64,000 nucleotides of DNA from a virus, in IMG/VR virus record IMGVR_UViG_3300025195_000023, positions 9,087 to 73,086 of that record; one strand, 5' to 3'. Below, piece after piece: positions 58,741 through 64,000 of the stretch (positions are counted from its first letter, which is position 1; each line of letters starts with the position of its first letter). The notes beneath the pieces are model-generated. The model was not told where the DNA came from, searched no databases, and was given only the letters and a program-made list of their open reading frames with translations. The position numbers and the translations under genes were made by a program.

Positions 58741-58818
58741 GGTTAATCCAGTAAGGGGATATATATAGGGACAATATATCAACAACCCTTCTGTGATAAT
58801 GATCAGCTATTAAGTAAC

Positions 58819-59073
58819 ATGGCTGCCATTACTACTTACAAGGGTTATCACATGGCCGTCTCTATTCCTTCCAAAGAAGAAATCCATTCCGACAACATTC
58901 GTATTGGTTTTGCTGAGCTTATTGCTGTGCATCACCGTGGTAAATTGCATTGGGCAATTCCGGGTGGTGGTTATATCCGATCCAAGGTACATGCCACCGA
59001 TTATGCACGAAGACTTAATACGCTCATCACCGTCAATATGAAACGGTTTAACCGAGACTTGCTCTGGTCATAA
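58819..59073 (+). CDS. DUF1317-like phage protein
   Basis: WAIPGG...A..YARRLN; follows an AT-rich promoter-like gap. Confidence 0.5.
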   Translation: MAAITTYKGYHMAVSIPSKEEIHSDNIRIGFAELIAVHHRGKLHWAIPGGGYIRSKVHATDYARRLNTLITVNMKRFNRDLLWS

Positions 59074-59141
59074 TGTTCAACAGGGCCTATATGCTTTCCG
59101 TAAAATGACTCTCCAGTTATTACACGGTAAAGGACGCATAT

Positions 59142-59465
59142 ATGCCCTGGAAAACTGGCCCTGAAATCTGGGATATTGTTGGCGCCCTTATAGTCAGCAT
59201 CGTCTCCGCAGCAGTCTCAATCACCCGACGTATTGTGAACGGATATCCCGCTTCAATGCTTTGGGTGGTGTCGGAGTTTCTCGCGGCCATTCTGGCTGGG
59301 TACCTCATGTATTCCGTCTACCCACACATCGTGGATGACATCCCCAAGTGGTTCACCTTACCTGTGGCTGTTGCCTTTTCTGCTCATGTAGGTGGGCGAC
59401 TCTTTCAGGAGATGGAGAATGAACTCGTTAACCGCTACACCAACCTGTTCGACCGGAGACGCTGA
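59142..59465 (+). CDS. Putative holin
   Basis: 107 aa, three predicted TM segments, charged C-terminus (DRRR), AAGGA RBS. Confidence 0.6.
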   Translation: MPWKTGPEIWDIVGALIVSIVSAAVSITRRIVNGYPASMLWVVSEFLAAILAGYLMYSVYPHIVDDIPKWFTLPVAVAFSAHVGGRLFQEMENELVNRYTNLFDRRR

Positions 59466-59466
59466 T

Positions 59467-59637
59467 ATGACGTCTTCAGAACTCATGGCCGTTGCCCGGG
59501 CAGAACAGGATTGGCGTGACGGATTATCAGCAGATGAAAACCCCTTCCCGGTTGGCTCTGCTGAATACCGTCACTACCAGGATCACTTCGACCGCCTCAT
59601 GGTGGAAGAAGCGATACGCGACCAGTCCGCCGCGTAA
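59467..59637 (+). CDS. Small hypothetical protein (RMF/CrpP-like NPF motif)
   Basis: GGAG RBS; G.S..ENPFPVGS.EY..Y. Confidence 0.5.
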   Translation: MTSSELMAVARAEQDWRDGLSADENPFPVGSAEYRHYQDHFDRLMVEEAIRDQSAA

Positions 59638-59647
59638 AGCGGACATT

Positions 59648-59969
59648 CAATTAACCCTTCTGTGAAGGGAAGGGTTGATTGTTCCTCAAGATTGACCGGT
59701 GTTGGGTTCAAAGTCAGGACAAGCCCCTGGCCACCGGTCACCTATACAATCCATCGATGAAGGCACTGGATTGGGTCTTGCTTTGTATGCCCAAAGAGTG
59801 AAACGGATTATCACTTTTAGGATCCGCAAGATACCTAACTGGTCTGATCAACCGGGTAATGGTAACCAGGGTTAGTAGCCTGCAGTGTCTTCTTTGATGG
59901 GTTGTGCCCTCTCCTCCTCTCCCAAGGGGTTCCCCATAACCCCGACTCCACTGCCCACGGGGAGGGCAC
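59648..59969 (+). ncRNA. Candidate structured non-coding RNA(s)
   Basis: Four closely spaced folded domains, including a 156-nt multibranch structure; G-U pairs favour the + strand. Confidence 0.55.
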
Positions 59970-59999
59970 TCCCTCCTAGTCTGAACCAAGGAAAAACCA

Positions 60000-60179
60000 A
60001 TGAAAGATCCCGTCATTACTGTGGCCCTGAGCCGCAGTCAGATCATTGAGCTATTGGCCAACAGCAACATGGGCCCACACAGTACCAACACCTTGTTTGA
60101 AGCCCGGAAGATCCTGCGACGAGTGATCCGGGAATCGCTGGCCAGCAATGAAGTGCCAACCACAAAACGGAGGGCCTGA
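60000..60179 (+). CDS. 59-aa hypothetical protein
   Basis: AAGGA RBS; MKDPVITVALSRSQ...; below the track cutoff. Confidence 0.5.
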   Translation: MKDPVITVALSRSQIIELLANSNMGPHSTNTLFEARKILRRVIRESLASNEVPTTKRRA

Positions 60180-60315
60180 TGCCATACACCATGCAAATCC
60201 ATACCTGTGCCGCTGCCCAGTCCCTCCACCAACTCCAAACAGCCATCAAACGGCCCAATCAAAGGAAACACTCTATGAACCTGAATAATGCTGCCCTGCT
60301 GGAAACCAAGGAGTA

Positions 60316-60714
60316 ATGACCATGTCCAAGACGACAACACGGGATCGCCTCTACACTGCCGCCCTGTATTTACGGGCACATTGTGTCCAGCCACAAAAGG
60401 TGTCCATCAACGAGTTCACCAGGCAGTTCACGGTGTCCTCCAATACGGTAGCTGAGTTTATTGATGCCGGTCTGATCACGCGAGTAGGTAGGGCCCTCTA
60501 TGTACGGACAGATAAGCCAGTCACTCTGGCGGTGATTGACGAGATCCTGGCCAAGCGTCAGAACGGCTATATACCAAAGGTTCCAGAACTGTACGGTAAA
60601 CAGGCTTCGGCCAATGATTCCGCAACAGGCACCGTTACCTTGGCTCAGTACCAGGAACTGGAAAAACGGGTATCGGCCCTTGAACAACTTCTGATCCGGA
60701 AGGGTGCCGCATGA
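60316..60714 (+). CDS. Putative winged-helix DNA-binding protein
   Basis: AAGGAG RBS; SINEF...VSSNTV..F.DAGLI.RVGR..Y; coiled-coil tail. Confidence 0.55.
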   Translation: MTMSKTTTRDRLYTAALYLRAHCVQPQKVSINEFTRQFTVSSNTVAEFIDAGLITRVGRALYVRTDKPVTLAVIDEILAKRQNGYIPKVPELYGKQASANDSATGTVTLAQYQELEKRVSALEQLLIRKGAA

Positions 60715-61211
60715 CACGACGACTTTCCGCTGACACGATCCGCCACCGCTTGGTGCAGATCAACCCAGAGGAACTGGACGGCCGGTGTGACCAACGCTTC
60801 AAGCAGGTCTACCAACAGATCCAGGTGTCATGGAAGGACATTGTGAGTTACTACGCCGAGAACGGGTACACCTGGGAAGACGCCGCAAACCAGTTTGGGC
60901 TGAAGACCTTCACGCTCAAAGCCTACTGTAAGCGAGCAAACCTGTCCTTTCCCTGGCAAGGTCCCCGAGGCTGGAAGGCACGGAAACGCCAAAGCGAAAC
61001 CAAGAAAGGTATCCGACCTTCCGGAGGGATCATCCCCAAGGAATTCACCGTCTTCGGACGGACGGCACCCTTGAAAACCTTGATCGCGGAGTTCTCCCCA
61101 CCAGGGTTGACCTACGCATGTGTGTACCAACGTCTATCACGGAACTGGTCATTGGATAAGGCACTGACCTACCCCAAAGGCTGTCCACTGATCCTGACCC
61201 AGGCGGCATGA
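60711..61211 (+). CDS. Putative DNA-binding protein (HTH plus HNH-associated-like C-terminus)
   Basis: GYTWEDAANQFGLK..TL; LTYACVYQRLSRNWSLDKALT. Confidence 0.55.
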   Translation: MTRRLSADTIRHRLVQINPEELDGRCDQRFKQVYQQIQVSWKDIVSYYAENGYTWEDAANQFGLKTFTLKAYCKRANLSFPWQGPRGWKARKRQSETKKGIRPSGGIIPKEFTVFGRTAPLKTLIAEFSPPGLTYACVYQRLSRNWSLDKALTYPKGCPLILTQAA

Positions 61212-61405
61212 GCGGTTATCACTGCCGGACACAGTCCGGCTTTATCCCTTTGCTCATTGCTGCCTGTATTCTCGGTTCATTAATAAAGATCAACGTGCGG
61301 CACCCTCCCTCATGCGTGACAGTGACTGGAATCAAAGCCGCTCAGATGCTGCCCAGCGGCCGGCAGAACTTTACCTACTATGAGAAGGAGGTGTGTGATG
61401 AGTGA
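61208..61405 (+). CDS. Small membrane/secreted peptide
   Basis: QSGFIPLLIAACILG hydrophobic segment; ATGA-coupled. Confidence 0.5.
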   Translation: MSGYHCRTQSGFIPLLIAACILGSLIKINVRHPPSCVTVTGIKAAQMLPSGRQNFTYYEKEVCDE

Positions 61406-62057
61406 TAGAGAAGAGTTTGAAGAGCGCAATCCTGTGCCAGATAGCGCCACATGGAACGAGAAGAAGCAAGGCTATTACTGGAGCAACTACCCGGCCGTAG
61501 CGCACCTGTTCAATGATAAATGGGAAGTGTGGCACGAGGCTGTTGAATATGTCCGCGCCCAAAGTGGGCAAGGTGCGGAGCCGGTTGCGAAGATAGTCTC
61601 GGGTTATTCAGGTGACCCCGACACTTGGAACGACTTGGAAATCAAACCACTCGATCTTTCAGGTTGCAAAGTAAACGACTTGCTTTACACCCAACCCCAT
61701 CCTGCCCAGCAAGGGAGTGTGCCGGATGTAGGTGCGATGGCTGCCGCTAAAGGCGCTGTCGAATTTGCAGAGGATGAGCAGATGGTGCGCGACTGTCCGG
61801 GTGTGGCAGCAGAGACAATAAAGGAGCTGGCGAATCTCATTTTATCTACCACGCCCCAGCCAGAGGCTGATGGGTGGGTTAAGTGCAGCGAGAGGTTGCC
61901 GACCGAGGCGGATGGCGACTGGGACGGGCAAGTTATTGTTTTAGACGATCATGGTGAAATGGCTTGCACAAACTGGAGCGTAGCAACTCGCAAGATCATT
62001 ACCCACTGGAAACCAACCGGACTCAAGCGGCCACAACCGCCGAAGGAGAGTGCGTGA
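61398..62057 (+). CDS. Mosaic DUF551-domain protein (Ea-region type of temperate phages)
   Basis: EPVA...LLYTQP and WVKCSERLP...ITHWKP modules. Confidence 0.7.
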   Translation: MSDREEFEERNPVPDSATWNEKKQGYYWSNYPAVAHLFNDKWEVWHEAVEYVRAQSGQGAEPVAKIVSGYSGDPDTWNDLEIKPLDLSGCKVNDLLYTQPHPAQQGSVPDVGAMAAAKGAVEFAEDEQMVRDCPGVAAETIKELANLILSTTPQPEADGWVKCSERLPTEADGDWDGQVIVLDDHGEMACTNWSVATRKIITHWKPTGLKRPQPPKESA

Positions 62058-62383
62058 TGGCTGTAGATAGCGAAACTTATATGGCGGTTTGTGGTGAGGT
62101 TCAGGATTTGCGACGGCAGCTTGCCAAGAGTGAGGCACGAGTGGCGGAGCTTGAGGCTGACAACGAACATCAGCGAGAGCGCCGGAACGCGGCTCGGGAG
62201 TGCATTAAGAAAATGGGTGATGGCAGCCCTTGGCTCCTCCGCAAGCAGGCCGAGGCGGTAGAAAAATCAGCCCTCTTATTTCCGGGGCGTGAGCTAACCG
62301 ACATTCGGTGCTCGTTACACACAGAAGCCCAACGCCTGAGACAACAAGCCGAGCGCCCACAACCACCACAGGAGGGCGAGTAA
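62057..62383 (+). CDS. Ead/Ea22-like coiled-coil protein
   Basis: AKSEARVAELEA; KQAEAVE...EAQRLRQQA. Confidence 0.55.
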   Translation: MAVDSETYMAVCGEVQDLRRQLAKSEARVAELEADNEHQRERRNAARECIKKMGDGSPWLLRKQAEAVEKSALLFPGRELTDIRCSLHTEAQRLRQQAERPQPPQEGE

Positions 62384-62385
62384 CC

Positions 62386-62766
62386 ATGTACTGGTTCCTG
62401 ACCCTGGCTTTGCTCCTTCTGGTGGACACCTACCTGTTCACCAAGGGGTACGACACGTTTTTCTTTTCCCACAAGACCCAAGCTGAAAAGCAGATTCAAC
62501 AGAGGATAATCATGAGCAAGCAACTCAACCCTGAATTGATCAACCCCCGCTACGTTCAGATCAAGCGTAAACAAGCTGCTGAGATCCTGGGCGTATCCCC
62601 GGCAACCTTTGACCGTATGCGGAAGGACGATCCAGACTGCCCCAAGGGCTTTACCCGGAATGACTCCAAGATCGCTCAGGTGTATTTCCGCCTGTCCGAT
62701 ATCTATACCTACAGCGAACAGCTCATGAATCGCTCTCAGCCCGCCTCAGAGGCCACGAACGGTTAA
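62386..62766 (+). CDS. AlpA/excisionase-like HTH protein (internal start 62512; in-frame upstream TM peptide from 62386)
   Basis: IKRKQAAEILGVSPATFDRMRKDDPDCPKG...VYFRLSDI; convergent with the integrase. Confidence 0.75.
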   Translation: MYWFLTLALLLLVDTYLFTKGYDTFFFSHKTQAEKQIQQRIIMSKQLNPELINPRYVQIKRKQAAEILGVSPATFDRMRKDDPDCPKGFTRNDSKIAQVYFRLSDIYTYSEQLMNRSQPASEATNG

Positions 62767-62767
62767 C

Positions 62768-64000
62768 CTACCCATTGCCCTGGACTAATCCGATTACAGG
62801 GTCCTCCGGCTTGCTGGTGCCCTTCTCCAGCGCTTCCAGGTAATCCGCATACCACTGCATCATGGCTCGCCTTTGTTCCAGATACTGGGCCTTGTTGTAT
62901 ACCCCCGCCATACCGTCCTCGACGTGAGCCAACTGGGCTTCTACCCAGTCCTTGGGCCAACCATGCTCCCGTAGCAGGGTACTGGCCGTATGACGGAAAC
63001 CGTGGCCCACAATCCTACCCTCGTAGCCAACCTGTACGATCACCTTCTTGATCGCATTCTCGCTCAGGGTAGGATTCTTTGAGCCATAGCCCGGGAAGAC
63101 ATATCGACCTGCCCCGGTGTACGGTTGCAGGGCTTTCAGCTCCTGTACCGTTTGGGATGCCAGGGGAACCGTGTGTTCCCTTCGCATCTTCATCTTCTCT
63201 GCACGGATGACCCAGAGACCTTTATCCAGATCCAGTTCTGTCCATTCCGCAAATCGGGCCATGCCCGGGCGACTGGCAGTACGCAGAGCCAACCAAACCA
63301 TGGTTTCGGTGACCTGCCGTACCTTCGCTTCTCGAATAGCTTTCAGGAATCCCGGAAGGTCAGGCTCCAACAGATGTGGATAGTGGTTTCGTGTAAAACG
63401 ATCCACCGCAACATGCTTCAGCTCACTGGCTGGATTGTGTTCGGTCTTACCCTCGGCAATGGCCAGGGAGAATATCTGGTTGATCCAGCCCCGGAGCTTA
63501 CCTGCCATTACATGGGCACCTCGATCCTCCATAGATTGCTGGATCGTCGTACAATCCAAGCGTGTGACTTCTTCCAGTGTCTTGTTACCCAGCCGGGGCA
63601 ACACTTCTTTGTCCAGGTACATTCTCATCTGACGTGTTGTGCCAGGGGCCCGACCGGATTTCAGTTTTCGCTGATACCAGTGTTCCGCTGCATCCATGAA
63701 CAGGATCTTGGGAACCTCCGGAGCGGTATTGAGTTCCTCCCCATCGGAGACTTTCTTCAACAGTTCCCGGGCTTTTTCCCGTGCCGCTTTACCGGACACT
63801 GCCGGATAGCCACCGATCCCTTTCCAGGCCCACTTACCGTTGGGCCGTTTGTAACGCACCACCCAGGATTTACTGCCACCGGCCTTGACCCGAAAATACA
63901 ATCCAGGACTGTCATTCTCCTGATAGTCCCGTTCCTCGGGTTCCAGCTTCTCCAACACACTGTCCGCCATCGGACGGCGCTTAATCTGTGAGCGTTTCAT
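62768..64000 (-). CDS. int: Tyrosine integrase, P4 family with N-terminal arm-binding domain
   Basis: GLYFRV...GSKSW..RY arm domain; catalytic R (TASRPG), K (KMKMRREH.VPL), HGFR, LAH, VYNKAQY all present. Confidence 0.95.
   Translation of the reverse strand: MKRSQIKRRPMADSVLEKLEPEERDYQENDSPGLYFRVKAGGSKSWVVRYKRPNGKWAWKGIGGYPAVSGKAAREKARELLKKVSDGEELNTAPEVPKILFMDAAEHWYQRKLKSGRAPGTTRQMRMYLDKEVLPRLGNKTLEEVTRLDCTTIQQSMEDRGAHVMAGKLRGWINQIFSLAIAEGKTEHNPASELKHVAVDRFTRNHYPHLLEPDLPGFLKAIREAKVRQVTETMVWLALRTASRPGMARFAEWTELDLDKGLWVIRAEKMKMRREHTVPLASQTVQELKALQPYTGAGRYVFPGYGSKNPTLSENAIKKVIVQVGYEGRIVGHGFRHTASTLLREHGWPKDWVEAQLAHVEDGMAGVYNKAQYLEQRRAMMQWYADYLEALEKGTSKPEDPVIGLVQGNG

Noticed and set aside
59693-59740. 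tRNA- or SRP-like look (GGTTCAAA, GTCAGG)
   Set aside because: No cloverleaf and no complete SRP helix-8 motif; kept only as part of the unknown structured region.
59860-59903. Resemblance of AGGGTTAGTAGCCTGC to the 3' part of 6S RNA
   Set aside because: The hand fold is a branched junction rather than a rod with a central bubble, and the 5' strand does not match; needs a covariance-model search.
63900-64000. att site or tRNA target near the integrase
   Set aside because: The window ends at the int start codon, so no att core can be seen.

Overview
The whole window is phage DNA: a near-complete N4-like (Schitoviridae-type) podophage genome with no recognisable host genes. Hallmarks: a 3701-aa virion RNA polymerase; a two-subunit RNAP II with its gp2-type activator; an N4-type replication module (family A DNA polymerase, SF1 helicase, primase, SSB, Sak4-like ATPase, RuvC-like resolvase, ligase); nucleotide-supply genes (ThyX, class II RNR, dUTPase, dCMP deaminase, glutaredoxin); and the N4 gp50-59/gp67-69 morphogenesis cluster on the minus strand. 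Unusually for this classically lytic group, the right end carries an intact P4-family tyrosine integrase and a convergent AlpA/Xis-like gene. The expected virion-DNA terminus (late/early junction near 42.3-42.5 kb) is internal, so this looks like a temperate N4-like phage or prophage opened near attP. Read directly from the sequence: five 20-nt vRNAP hairpin promoters, a natural Tyr-to-Phe change in vRNAP motif B, a ~320-nt highly structured intergenic RNA candidate, an origin-like hairpin cluster, C-rich loops complementary to early/RNAP II ribosome-binding sites, SOS-box-like sites and a 28-nt poly-T tract. No CI-type repressor, att site, tRNA or CRISPR is visible. All calls come from motif recognition and synteny by eye; no searches were run.
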